DNA of 64,000 nucleotides from Candidatus Rifleibacteriota bacterium (lineage in GTDB: Bacteria; Muiribacteriota; Ozemobacteria; Ozemobacterales; Ozemobacteraceae). The stretch lies in NCBI GenBank assembly GCA_024710525.1, contig JANJUP010000022.1, positions 128,001 to 192,000 on the forward strand, written 5' to 3'. This document shows positions 43,065 through 52,644 of the stretch, piece after piece (within the stretch, counting starts at the first letter, position 1; every line of letters begins with the position of its first letter). The position numbers were made by a program, and so were the translations under genes. The notes under the pieces were generated by a model. The model did not search any database and was not told the origin of the DNA. It worked only from the letters and a program-made list of their open reading frames with translations.

Positions 43065-43927
43065 CTGACGGCAGCCCTTGTTTTTTCGGCAGTCGGCTCA
43101 GATCTATTGATAAGATGCTTTTTGAGACCTGCCGGCAAAGGTGACCCTACGGCAAGTCTTTCGCCGGGCTCGTCCTGAGTAGCGATGCTCAGGTGTGCAC
43201 TTCTGAATCTGGCCCCTGAATTTGAAAAAAAGGTTTCGAGGGCTTCTCTGGCAAGCTCAGGTGTGTTCGATTCCTGGCTGATGTGCATAAGCACAAGAAC
43301 TTCCGGAACCTTGCTCATGCGTGAAAGAATGCCTCGCACACCCTCGTTGGGGAGGTGCCCCATTGGACTTCTGATACGGCGTTTCAGCCATGTCGGGTAA
43401 GAGCTGCTGCGCAGCAGGTCTTCGTCGTAATTGCTTTCGACGCAGACCAGATCGGCGTCTTTCATGTGTTCAAGAACTTCGGGGGTAACATGTCCGAGGT
43501 CGGTGGCCAGGGTCATGACTTTGTTTGAACTCTCGAACCTGAGCCCGACAGGCTCGGTGGCGTCGTGCGGCACCTTGAAGGGCAGGCAGCGACAGCCGTT
43601 CAGCTCAAGCTGGCGTCCATAGAGAAGCTCGATATGATTCTTCACTTCGAGCCCCTTGGAGGCGAGGGCGCACAAAGTGCCCCGAGTTGTGTATACCGGA
43701 ATATCGCCGGTGCGACTCAAAACAACGCGCAGTCCCTTGATGTGGTCATCGTGCTCGTGCGTGACGAAAATGCCTGAGAGATCAGAAAAATCAAGCTGCC
43801 GTTGATCGAGAAAATCTTTTATTCTTTTGCACGACAGGCCGGCGTCGAGCAGATAATTGCGCCCTTCAAGTTCAAGCAATGCCGAATTGCCTTTGCTCCC
43901 CGAACCGATAAATGTTATTCCTATCAA
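43061..43927 (-). CDS. MBL-fold metallo-hydrolase
   Basis: 288 aa with the HxHxDH motif (…THEHDDHIKG…). 4-nt overlap with rlmH. Confidence 0.75.
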   Translation of the reverse strand: MIGITFIGSGSKGNSALLELEGRNYLLDAGLSCKRIKDFLDQRQLDFSDLSGIFVTHEHDDHIKGLRVVLSRTGDIPVYTTRGTLCALASKGLEVKNHIELLYGRQLELNGCRCLPFKVPHDATEPVGLRFESSNKVMTLATDLGHVTPEVLEHMKDADLVCVESNYDEDLLRSSSYPTWLKRRIRSPMGHLPNEGVRGILSRMSKVPEVLVLMHISQESNTPELAREALETFFSNSGARFRSAHLSIATQDEPGERLAVGSPLPAGLKKHLINRSEPTAEKTRAAVR

Positions 43928-44024
43928 GTTTTATACCTGCTTTATGGGTTTGTTTGCTGTGTCAATTATGCACTGTGCCCCAAAAAAATTCCATAGTTTT
44001 TGCTATTTTCATGGCAAAATCTGC

Positions 44025-45590
44025 TCAGCGTGACTCGCTGACATTATCGCCACGCAGGCTGCGAAATGCTTTCGGAATAAACGACGCAACTTCAGAAATA
44101 GACATGGCATCGGCTCCAAGTTCGGCCCGGGCCAGGTCTGCCGCTTCGGCAAGCAGAAAAACACCGGCGATGGCAGCATGCAGTTCGGGAATCCCGGTGG
44201 CAGCGAGGCCGGCAATGATCCCCGAAAGGAGGTCGCCCGATCCACCTCTGGCCAGACCACTGTTCGGTCGACTGCAGATGTAGGTGACACCGCGATGGTC
44301 CGCGATTACCGTTATTGCCGATTTCAGCACCACGGTTACGCGATGTTTGCCGGCAAATTTTCGGGCAATTTCGATCTGATTTTCGGCGACGTCGGCGACC
44401 GTAGTCTGGCAAAGTCTTGCCATTTCGGCGAGATGCGGGGTAATGATTATGCGGGCCTGTGATTTTGCCAGAAGATCGGTGTCGGCAATCATGTTGAGTG
44501 CATCGGCATCGAGAACCATCACGCCATTCCAGCACTCAAGAAGATTTGTGAGGCTGGTCGCACGGTTGGCGCCACGACCCCAGCCAGGTCCGGCAAGAAT
44601 AGTTCTGAAGCGCCCGGCAAGCTCTGAACATTTTTCTGCCGAGATTGACAGGCCGCCTTCAAATGAGGGTAGATACTGCAGAATGGTCTCGGGCAGAACC
44701 TGGCAGCACAACCTGCCCTGCAGACAATCAGGCAGAGCCAGAGTGACGATGCCGGTGCCGGCACGGTGGGCGCCAAATGAGGCCATGACTCCGGCTCCCT
44801 GGTATTCTTCAGAGCCGGCCATAATCAGCAGTTTTCCGGCATCGCCCTTATGGATGCAGTCGTCCCGCTGTGGCAACAGAGCCGAAACCAGCCCGGAAGT
44901 GACGAGAAAATGTGTCGAGCCCGGACTGGCCGCTGAAATTGCCGGCAGACCGATGTCGGCGATCCAGATTTCGCCGGCGGCACGCTTCCCGGGCAATACA
45001 AACAGCCCAACCTTCGGAACCCCGAGGGTAACGGTGTAATTGGCGTTGAAGCACGGGTTTGACAGCCGGCCGGTGGTCGCGCACAGGCCAGACGGAAGAT
45101 CTATGCTGATCCGGGTGGCGCGAGTGTCATTCATCGCTCTGATTACATCAGCATGAAAGCCCTGTATGTCACCTTTGATACCGGTGCCATAAAGGCAGTC
45201 GATCAGGCATTCAGAAAACTCCATCGCAATACGCAGGCGGTCGATATCTTGCGATTCTTTCAGCAGAACCGGCGTTACTCCGGTTCTGAGGAGAATTTCG
45301 CAATTGATACGCGCGTCCGGAGTCATTTCTTCGGGAGTGGCAGTGATGAAAACGTGAGCGGGGATATCGTTGTTGAAAAGGTGTCGGGCGATTACCAGAC
45401 CGTCGCCGCCGTTGTTGCCGCGGCCGCAGACTATGGTAAATCTCTTGCCCTTGAGACCGCCAAGGATTTTTTCGATCGTCAGCAGCGACTTGATGCCGGC
45501 ATTTTCCATCAGAACCGTGCCCGGAATGCCTACTTTCTCAATGGCATGCCGGTCGGCGGCACGCATTTCCTCTGCGGTAAAAAGCCTCAT
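44025..45590 (-). CDS. nnr: Bifunctional NAD(P)H-hydrate repair enzyme (epimerase + ADP-dependent dehydratase)
   Basis: 521 aa with a YjeF N-terminal domain (…VCGRGNNGGDGLV…) fused to a carbohydrate-kinase-like C-terminal domain. Confidence 0.8.
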   Translation of the reverse strand: MRLFTAEEMRAADRHAIEKVGIPGTVLMENAGIKSLLTIEKILGGLKGKRFTIVCGRGNNGGDGLVIARHLFNNDIPAHVFITATPEEMTPDARINCEILLRTGVTPVLLKESQDIDRLRIAMEFSECLIDCLYGTGIKGDIQGFHADVIRAMNDTRATRISIDLPSGLCATTGRLSNPCFNANYTVTLGVPKVGLFVLPGKRAAGEIWIADIGLPAISAASPGSTHFLVTSGLVSALLPQRDDCIHKGDAGKLLIMAGSEEYQGAGVMASFGAHRAGTGIVTLALPDCLQGRLCCQVLPETILQYLPSFEGGLSISAEKCSELAGRFRTILAGPGWGRGANRATSLTNLLECWNGVMVLDADALNMIADTDLLAKSQARIIITPHLAEMARLCQTTVADVAENQIEIARKFAGKHRVTVVLKSAITVIADHRGVTYICSRPNSGLARGGSGDLLSGIIAGLAATGIPELHAAIAGVFLLAEAADLARAELGADAMSISEVASFIPKAFRSLRGDNVSESR

Positions 45591-45651
45591 CTTGCCATCC
45601 TCCTGTCAGGAATGGCAAATTATATCAGGATTCTGGCACCGGCAGCAAATT

Positions 45652-46413
45652 TTAGAAATTGGCACCCAGGCCGACGATAAGTGGCCGATAGTCGTAAAAC
45701 TGATCGTAACTGCTTGGGCTGTGAACCGCCACGTCTACCCAGAAACCGCGATGCGAGCTGTAACGCCAGCCGGCAGAAACCACGTCGCCATTGTAGTCGA
45801 TAAGATATTGGCTTTTATAGCCGCGTTCACCCGGCCTGCGCCCGGGAAATTCGGCGCCGATAAGCAGACACAGCGATTCTGGCTCTTTTTTGTCACGGTT
45901 GTAACGGCCAAAATTGGCCATGCCACTGCCGGGGTTGCCGCCAAAATTCCAGCCTAAGCCAAAACCACCGATCGAAAAATACATCGTGTGATAATTATTG
46001 GGGTTGGTGTCAAAAACAGCCCCAACGGCCACTTCAGAAAATTCGCCCTCGCCGATTGATGGCAGTCTCACCTTGAAATTAAGCGTTGGATCAGGGTCCA
46101 GCGCACTGTTTCTGGAATCAATAGCCTTCTGCAGGCCGAGTTCAAGATCGCGAAACGGTGAAAAAGCAAACGCCATGTGGGTCAGGTAACCCTCGGTGTC
46201 AGTTCCGGGAACCTGATAAAGCCGGTTATGTATTGCCAGCTCGACACCCTTGGCGTCGACGGTTTTGTGCGAAGGAACCTGAACGAAGCCTGATGGTCCC
46301 TGCAGTGACAGGCCGGCGGCAGCGGTCGGGTCGTTCAGACAGACAAAGCCTGCAATCATCGCAGGCAGCAATAACTTGTTGAAAAAACTGCGGATTTCAG
46401 AGCTTATTGTCAT
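45652..46413 (-). CDS. Putative outer-membrane beta-barrel protein (signal peptide, C-terminal Phe)
   Basis: 253 aa with an N-terminal signal peptide, alternating hydrophobic beta-strand patterns, and a C-terminus ending …LGANF. Confidence 0.45.
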   Translation of the reverse strand: MTISSEIRSFFNKLLLPAMIAGFVCLNDPTAAAGLSLQGPSGFVQVPSHKTVDAKGVELAIHNRLYQVPGTDTEGYLTHMAFAFSPFRDLELGLQKAIDSRNSALDPDPTLNFKVRLPSIGEGEFSEVAVGAVFDTNPNNYHTMYFSIGGFGLGWNFGGNPGSGMANFGRYNRDKKEPESLCLLIGAEFPGRRPGERGYKSQYLIDYNGDVVSAGWRYSSHRGFWVDVAVHSPSSYDQFYDYRPLIVGLGANF

Positions 46414-46437
46414 GGTCGGGCGTTACATCGACCCGTT

Positions 46438-46788
46438 TCAGATTTCCGGAATTTCCTGGTTTACTTTGCTGTTGGCGCAGAATTTCTTGTGGCAGTCCCA
46501 AAAATTCTGGCAGTAGGTGCAGCAATTGCGCATGGCCATGTTGCGCTCGCCGCGATACCAGTTGATTTTGCAGTTCTGGTAATACTGGCAGCGCCAGCAG
46601 CAGTGCCAGCTGATTTTAAGAAAGTTTCGCCGTTTGATTTCTTCAATGATCAATGCCATCGACATCAGGTTTTTTTCGACCTGTGTCGCTTTCATCAGTT
46701 CATTGAATTCCTCGATTTCCTCATCGGTGCCGTAGAGGTTGACGATGAAGATTTCTTCAGCAAATACCGGCAGATATTCCTTGGTCAT
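46438..46788 (-). CDS. Cys/Trp-rich small hypothetical protein
   Basis: 116 aa. Acidic N-terminal half. The C-terminal ~50 aa contain 9 Cys plus several Trp (…SWHCCWRCQYYQNCKINWYRGERNMAMRNCCTYCQNFWDCHKKFC…). Confidence 0.45.
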   Translation of the reverse strand: MTKEYLPVFAEEIFIVNLYGTDEEIEEFNELMKATQVEKNLMSMALIIEEIKRRNFLKISWHCCWRCQYYQNCKINWYRGERNMAMRNCCTYCQNFWDCHKKFCANSKVNQEIPEI

Positions 46789-46875
46789 AGGTTGTTCAGT
46801 AATTCCGGGTGGGGGTCAGACCCTGTAATTATCGGCAGTTTTTTCTGTTCACAAGAGCAATTTTACTTTTTTAAT

Positions 46876-49260
46876 TCATTGTCGTCCAGCCAGTGTCTTT
46901 ACGCCAGAACCGGTAAAGACCAAAATCGATCTGCTGTCGGCAACCGGAAAGGCTCCGAGAATTCGCTCGCTGGCCCTGAAAGGCGTCGGCACAAAACTGT
47001 TGTTTTCAAGAAAGAACAGGGTTTCCCGGGTGGCGATCCACAGCAGCCCGGAAAAATTCATCGCAACCGGCTGGTCGGTAATGACTCCGATAAAGTCGAG
47101 TTTTTCGTTTTTGAATTCAAAAATTCTGCCATCATTGAGGGCAATATATAGATTGTCGTGTTCACCGGGCTCTACTGCCGCTATTTTTGCCGCATCGATG
47201 TTGCCTTTAAAAAATACCAGGTTCCACTGACGCTCTGACTCATGTATCATCACGCCCTTGTCAACAACGACCAGATAACGGCCGCCGATTTTCCAGACTG
47301 AGTTGAAGTCGCCTTTGAATTCACCGGGGATTCCGAACAGTTCGCGTATTTCACCGAAGGCAAGGGTTTTTATTGAGCCGTCAGCGAAGAGCAGCAGCAG
47401 TGTCTCGTCGGCGTCAGCAAAGATATGCACCAGTTGTCTGGTTTTTTCAGGACCGGCCAGTTGAATGCCTGCATCGCCGTCGATTCTGAAAATTCCTGCT
47501 TCTGGCCCCCATGCATAGCATGATTGATGGTTTTTTACCAGATTGGCAACGCCAAGCTGGCTGATGCCACTGATCTGCGACCAGTTGTTGCCATCGTAAG
47601 ACCACACACCACGGTTTTCGGTCGACAGCAGATATCGCCCGCCATACTGCACCGTATCAGAAAAAACTGGTTTCTGCAGCTCGGCCGGCAGCGCGACGAA
47701 TGGCTTTTCATGGGGCGCCCAGGATTCTGAAGCGGCCTGGCTCTCGGTCAAAGGCAGCTTGTCGTCGGTTTCAAGCAGCCCGAAATCGGGCAGACGGCCG
47801 TATTGCAGTCTGGTTGACGGCAGAACCGGAACCATCGGAAAGGAAGGAGTGTAGGTTCCGATTTCTGGTATGGGCCCAAAAAGCCTGGCATTGGCATCGC
47901 CAGGTGCCGGTGAAAAATAGAACAACATGATCGAATCGGCGTTGACAGCCGCCAGAAAATTGAGGCCGATGCTGAGGGCCTGGCACGGAATAGCTGACAG
48001 CCTTTCCATACGCCCTTTGTTGAAGCGAAAAACCCCTTCGTCTGAGCCGACGAAAAGAACGTCGCCAGAAACGGCGATATCGTTGATGTAGCCGGGCTTG
48101 CCGGCCGAAAGTATTGTCCAGACCCAGTTGCGTGAGTTGCGATAGCCGGCGATAACTCCCTGATCGGTGCCGATAAAGACGTTACGGTCGGTGGTGACCA
48201 TGCAGCGCAGGTGTCGGCCAGCCAGTACCTGCAGGTTGAGCGGCTCAAAATTGTCGGCCCGGCCGGTCAGAATGCCATCTTCATGCAGAAGCCAGAGTTC
48301 GTTGCCCTGCCTGCCAAAGTCTTTGATCGTGCGATTCTGTGTGCCAAGCACAAAAACGGCCGCATCGCTGCTGCCCCGCAGCATACCGCGCCCTACGGTT
48401 CCGATGAGCAGGTTTTCAGGGCCAGAAATGGCAACAGAGTTGATCAGCCTTGCCGGCAGCTGATTCTGGTGATAATAGGATTTCAGGATCGTATTTTCGA
48501 GCACGTAGATTCCTGAGTAGCCGGCGATAAACATGCGGTTTTCATCGATTTCGATGTCGCGCACAAAGAAATCTTCCGGCAGCTCAGAGGCGATCGAGGC
48601 CGTGCCGGTGAGTGGATCGACCGATGTCAGACCACCATCGCCGCCAATGAAAAGTCGGTCATTGAACCACCTGGCGCAGGTTACAACTGAATGGCCGGTG
48701 AACGGCAGATCTCTGACCCGACTGACCTGGCCGCTGAAAATACCGGGTTCTGAAACCTTGCGTGGCAGAAAAGTTCGACCCGGGTTCAAGCCGATCAGAC
48801 CGTAAAGAAATAAACAAAAAAGGCCGATAAAAAGCAGTTCAGGGGTCATTGCCCAGCAGCGGCTGCGTAAAAACTCTTCGCGGCCGGCAAGGCGGGTCTG
48901 CTCTTCGGTTACGCCGATCAATGCCTGTTTTTGTTCGGTGACGATTTCACGCCCGGCCGCCTCGTCTGCTTCTATGGCAGCAAGAATGTCGGCGCGACGC
49001 CTTCTCAGGGTTTTGAGCTGAATCGACAGCTTGCCGATTTCCCACCAGCGCACCGATTCGTCGACTATCCAGAACATGGCGTCGATGAGGTGATGAATCC
49101 ACTTGACCATCAGTGTCTGATTGGTGTTTTTCGGTTGCCCGTGCAGCGATTCACCGCAATGGCGGCAGAATTCCACCATCGGGTAGTTCATTTCGCGACA
49201 ACGCGGGCACTGAAAAGTTTTCTGTTCCATTCTGATATTTTCAACCACAGGGGCTGCCAA
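46876..49260 (-). CDS. Membrane protein: N-terminal zinc ribbon, single TM, extracytoplasmic beta-propeller-like repeat domain
   Basis: 794 aa. N-terminus CPRC…CRHC, then a TM helix (LLFIGLFCLFLYGLIGL), then ~600 aa of repeated Gly/aromatic-rich blocks suggestive of beta-propeller blades. The true start may be the internal Met at MEQKTFQCPRC. Confidence 0.55.
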   Translation of the reverse strand: MAAPVVENIRMEQKTFQCPRCREMNYPMVEFCRHCGESLHGQPKNTNQTLMVKWIHHLIDAMFWIVDESVRWWEIGKLSIQLKTLRRRRADILAAIEADEAAGREIVTEQKQALIGVTEEQTRLAGREEFLRSRCWAMTPELLFIGLFCLFLYGLIGLNPGRTFLPRKVSEPGIFSGQVSRVRDLPFTGHSVVTCARWFNDRLFIGGDGGLTSVDPLTGTASIASELPEDFFVRDIEIDENRMFIAGYSGIYVLENTILKSYYHQNQLPARLINSVAISGPENLLIGTVGRGMLRGSSDAAVFVLGTQNRTIKDFGRQGNELWLLHEDGILTGRADNFEPLNLQVLAGRHLRCMVTTDRNVFIGTDQGVIAGYRNSRNWVWTILSAGKPGYINDIAVSGDVLFVGSDEGVFRFNKGRMERLSAIPCQALSIGLNFLAAVNADSIMLFYFSPAPGDANARLFGPIPEIGTYTPSFPMVPVLPSTRLQYGRLPDFGLLETDDKLPLTESQAASESWAPHEKPFVALPAELQKPVFSDTVQYGGRYLLSTENRGVWSYDGNNWSQISGISQLGVANLVKNHQSCYAWGPEAGIFRIDGDAGIQLAGPEKTRQLVHIFADADETLLLLFADGSIKTLAFGEIRELFGIPGEFKGDFNSVWKIGGRYLVVVDKGVMIHESERQWNLVFFKGNIDAAKIAAVEPGEHDNLYIALNDGRIFEFKNEKLDFIGVITDQPVAMNFSGLLWIATRETLFFLENNSFVPTPFRASERILGAFPVADSRSILVFTGSGVKTLAGRQ

Positions 49261-49280
49261 GTCAACAAAAGAGCGAAAGG

Positions 49281-50093
49281 CTAAAAATCATTCTGCCAAG
49301 AATGGGTGATGCATTCACCCGAAAGGGGGCGACCAAGAAAATCGGCGGCGATGGCAGCAAAGCTTTCCGGGCTGTCGGTGACGAAAAACTTCTCTTTGCC
49401 ACTTTTTACTTCTTCAGTCGATATGCGTCTGGCGACCAGCATTTCTTTGACTTCACGCGCCGTTTCGCAGGCTGAATCCACCAGAGTGACCTTCTCGCCG
49501 AGAAAGTTTTTGATGAGGTTCTTCAGCAGCGGGTAATGCGTACAGGCAAGTATCAGGGCGCCGATATCGATTTTTTTGAAATCACCCAGATACATCTCAA
49601 GAGTCAGTCTGGCAATTTCCGAATTCATCAGGTTTTCTTCAACCACCGGCACCAGCAGCGGGCAGGCGCGGGCAACGACTTTGATACTGCTGCGCAGTCG
49701 GTTGAGCCTTTCCTGGTAGGCACCAGAATTGATAGTCGCCCTGGTGCCGATAACCCCGACGGTTCCGGCGCCGGCCGCCTTGATCGCGGCCCTGACCCCG
49801 GGGTCGATAACTCCGATTATCGGCAGCGATGTTTCAGACTTAAGCTTGTGCAGCGCGATTGCCGAAACGGTGTTGCAGGCAACCACGATCATTTTGACGT
49901 TCTGCATTTCCAGAAAATGGGTGATTTCTGAGGCGAACTTCTGAATTACCTGCACCGACTTGCCACCATACGGAACCCTGGCCGTATCGCCAAAATAGAT
50001 GAGGTTCTCGGCCGGCAGCAGTTCGCGAATCTCCTTGAACACTGTCAGCCCGCCAACGCCAGAGTCGAATATGCCTATTGGTCGGTTGTCCAT
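49281..50093 (-). CDS. murI: Glutamate racemase
   Basis: 270 aa with …IGIFDSGVGGLTV… and the conserved Cys-containing motifs (…VVACNT…, …LACTHYP…). Confidence 0.9.
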   Translation of the reverse strand: MDNRPIGIFDSGVGGLTVFKEIRELLPAENLIYFGDTARVPYGGKSVQVIQKFASEITHFLEMQNVKMIVVACNTVSAIALHKLKSETSLPIIGVIDPGVRAAIKAAGAGTVGVIGTRATINSGAYQERLNRLRSSIKVVARACPLLVPVVEENLMNSEIARLTLEMYLGDFKKIDIGALILACTHYPLLKNLIKNFLGEKVTLVDSACETAREVKEMLVARRISTEEVKSGKEKFFVTDSPESFAAIAADFLGRPLSGECITHSWQNDF

Positions 50094-50096
50094 ATA

Positions 50097-51137
50097 TCAG
50101 TTTTCTTTCACGCCGGTTTTAATTTTGCCTTCGATGATGCCGCGGCGCAGCCCATTCAATTCCTGAATAAGGTTTTCGCCAACAACTTTAAAGCTTAACT
50201 GAAAATCAGTCAACCCGATGGCATTATCCGCGAGCCCGTATGAACGCCTGATGTAATCCGGTTTACGCCCGGCACAGATATTGGCGACTATTGTTTCGAC
50301 CACAAGATCAACTCTTTTCAGCATGCTGGTAAGCACCAGGCCCGGTGCCAGCGAATCCTGGTTCATGTCGACTCCGATTGCATAAGCTCTGGCTTTGACG
50401 GCCGAAGAGATTACTCCGAGCCCCGAAGCACCGGCGGCGGGGAAAATGACATCGCAGCCGGTGCGGTAAAGGTTGTCGGCAATGCTGCCAGCCGCCTCCG
50501 GATTGTTAAAACCCGAAAAATCATTCGCGACATATTCTTCAACAACCTGGGTCGAACTGGCTGCGTCTATGGCTCCAGTGCGGTAGCCGGTCGCAAATCT
50601 CTCGATCACCGGAATTTTTACACCACCGATAAAGCCAATTTTGCCGGTTTTGCTGACTCGGGCCGCCAGGTAGCCACACAGGTAAGCACCCTCTTCTTCG
50701 CGAAATGAAATGCCCCTGATGTTGTTCTCATCAAGATCCGAGTCGATAATGAAAAACGGCAGATCAGGCCTTTCTGCCGCAATTTTTCGAATAGCGTCAG
50801 CGAAGGCGACGCCAACCGCAATGATGGCATCGAATTTCTGCCCGGCAAAGAAGCGCAATGAAGCTTCCGGATCCTGCATGGTGGCGGGTTCTATGATGAT
50901 CGATTCGATGTTGTGCTTTTTTTCGGCTTCTTTCAGACCGTCGAGAGCGTAATCATTGAACCCTTTGTCATTCAGGCCCCGGGGTGTAATCATCAGCCCG
51001 ATTCTTTTCGGCGGATTCTCGGGCTCAGGGGCGTTCCTGCTGCAACACCCCGACAGCAGCAGAACCGTTGCCAGAATTGCGGTCAGAATTCCAGTGCCGA
51101 AAATTGATTGCGCGCAAATAGCTGATTTTCGCGACAT
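50097..51137 (-). CDS. BMP-family (PnrA/Med-like) ABC-transporter substrate-binding lipoprotein
   Basis: 346 aa with a lipobox (LLSGC) and a periplasmic-binding fold (…GLNDKGFNDYALDGL…). The 5' end overlaps the upstream radical SAM gene by 55 nt. Confidence 0.7.
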   Translation of the reverse strand: MSRKSAICAQSIFGTGILTAILATVLLLSGCCSRNAPEPENPPKRIGLMITPRGLNDKGFNDYALDGLKEAEKKHNIESIIIEPATMQDPEASLRFFAGQKFDAIIAVGVAFADAIRKIAAERPDLPFFIIDSDLDENNIRGISFREEEGAYLCGYLAARVSKTGKIGFIGGVKIPVIERFATGYRTGAIDAASSTQVVEEYVANDFSGFNNPEAAGSIADNLYRTGCDVIFPAAGASGLGVISSAVKARAYAIGVDMNQDSLAPGLVLTSMLKRVDLVVETIVANICAGRKPDYIRRSYGLADNAIGLTDFQLSFKVVGENLIQELNGLRRGIIEGKIKTGVKEN

Positions 51138-52561
51138 TCCTGTGCCTCCCGTGCGTAAATCTCTGCCAGTTCTGGCCCGACACGCGACAGATATGCCTGT
51201 CGCATAGCTTCCTGCGGGCTCTCAAACGAGACTTTCAGCGAGCCCGGCAGGCGATTCAGCTGCTCTTTGAGATATTTCATGGTTTTTTTTATTTCGTAGC
51301 TGCCTGGAGCCTGCAATTCTGCCCAGGGGGTGTGATTTTTGGGGACAAAAATTGAAAAAGCGGCCGAAACAGACGAGGTGCCCGAAGCCTGGCGGGCGAC
51401 CTTTTCGATCAGGGTTATGGTTGCGTCGAGATCATCATGCTCTTCGCCGGGCAGACAGGCAACAAAATACATTTTAAGATGCTCAAAACCCTGGGCGAAC
51501 AGTTCTTTGACCCGTTCAAGGAAACGCGCTTCATCGAGAGGCTTGTGCATTTCCCGTCTCAGACGTTCGCTGCCGGTTTCTGGGGCAATCGTGAGACTGC
51601 TTATGCCTGATTTTCTCAAGGCTCCAATAATCGGTGGAGTCAGTTTTTCCCATTTTACCGATGAATTTCGAATTCTGACGCCCCGTTCGACCAGCATGCT
51701 GAAAATTCTTTCAACCTGCGGATGATCGAACAGGGAGGGGGCAACCAGTCCCAGATCTTTGCAGTCTGGGTGCTGATTCAGCCACTCTTCGATAACGGCT
51801 GCATCGACGGCCCTTACCGGCGAATAGATGCAGCGTGCAAGACAGAATGAGCAGACTCGCGGGCAGCCACGCATGACTTCGATGATGTGAGCTCCGCCAA
51901 AGGCATTGCAGTTCGAAACGATGTGTGACCATGCCGGCTGCCGGTTGACGTCGTGCAAACCACACAGCTGCGGGGGGAGGGGTTGAATTGCCGGAACCCA
52001 TACCCCTTTTATTGCCGATACCGCTGCCGGGTCGAAACCATCGGTTTGCAGCTGGTTTAATATCGGAACAACGGTTGTTTCAGCCTCACCAGGCACAAGA
52101 ATGTCGAAGATTTTTGACAGTGCCGGGGCATTCGATGCAACTGCCGCCCCACCTGCAATCAAAAGCGGGTGATGGCGGTTGCGCTGTTCTGCAATTACGG
52201 GCAGTCCGAGCGCGGCAAAAAGGCCGGGTATCTTGTCGAAGTCGCCCTCATAACTGAATGAAAACATGAGAATGTTAAAATCGCCAAGCGGTCGCCCGGT
52301 CTCAAAAGAATAAAAGGGCGGCGGCAGTGGAGTTTCGGCTTCAAGCGCCGGGAAAAAACGTTCGACGCCAATTCCGGGCACCGAGGCTGTAAGTCGATGC
52401 ACCGTGAGGAAACCGAGATTGCTCATGCCCAGACTGTAAAGATTCGGGTAGATCAGGGCGACACTCGTGGCACCCGCATGGGCGGCCGGCAGATAATGCC
52501 GTTCTGAAGCCTTGAGAGTGCTGACGACCGATTCGTAGTTATGGCGGTGTTTAAGACCCAC
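51083..52561 (-). CDS. B12-binding-domain radical SAM protein
   Basis: 492 aa with a CxxxCxxC motif (…RGCPRVCSFCLA…) following an N-terminal Rossmann-like region. Confidence 0.65.
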   Translation of the reverse strand: MGLKHRHNYESVVSTLKASERHYLPAAHAGATSVALIYPNLYSLGMSNLGFLTVHRLTASVPGIGVERFFPALEAETPLPPPFYSFETGRPLGDFNILMFSFSYEGDFDKIPGLFAALGLPVIAEQRNRHHPLLIAGGAAVASNAPALSKIFDILVPGEAETTVVPILNQLQTDGFDPAAVSAIKGVWVPAIQPLPPQLCGLHDVNRQPAWSHIVSNCNAFGGAHIIEVMRGCPRVCSFCLARCIYSPVRAVDAAVIEEWLNQHPDCKDLGLVAPSLFDHPQVERIFSMLVERGVRIRNSSVKWEKLTPPIIGALRKSGISSLTIAPETGSERLRREMHKPLDEARFLERVKELFAQGFEHLKMYFVACLPGEEHDDLDATITLIEKVARQASGTSSVSAAFSIFVPKNHTPWAELQAPGSYEIKKTMKYLKEQLNRLPGSLKVSFESPQEAMRQAYLSRVGPELAEIYAREAQECRENQLFARNQFSALEF

Positions 52562-52587
52562 TGTTGGTATATTCTCTGTAAAAGATA

Positions 52588-52621
52588 TGAACCAGGGGCA
52601 GGCGTGCCTGCCCCTGGTTCA
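52588..52621 (-). terminator. 16-bp perfect GC-rich palindrome (tgaaccaggggcaggc / gcctgcccctggttca) immediately after the ftsZ stop
   Basis: Perfect inverted repeat 24 nt downstream of ftsZ on the minus strand, followed on that strand by a T-rich stretch (atatctttt). Confidence 0.65.
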
Positions 52622-52644
52622 TGGTGTTACGGGAAAATTCCAGG

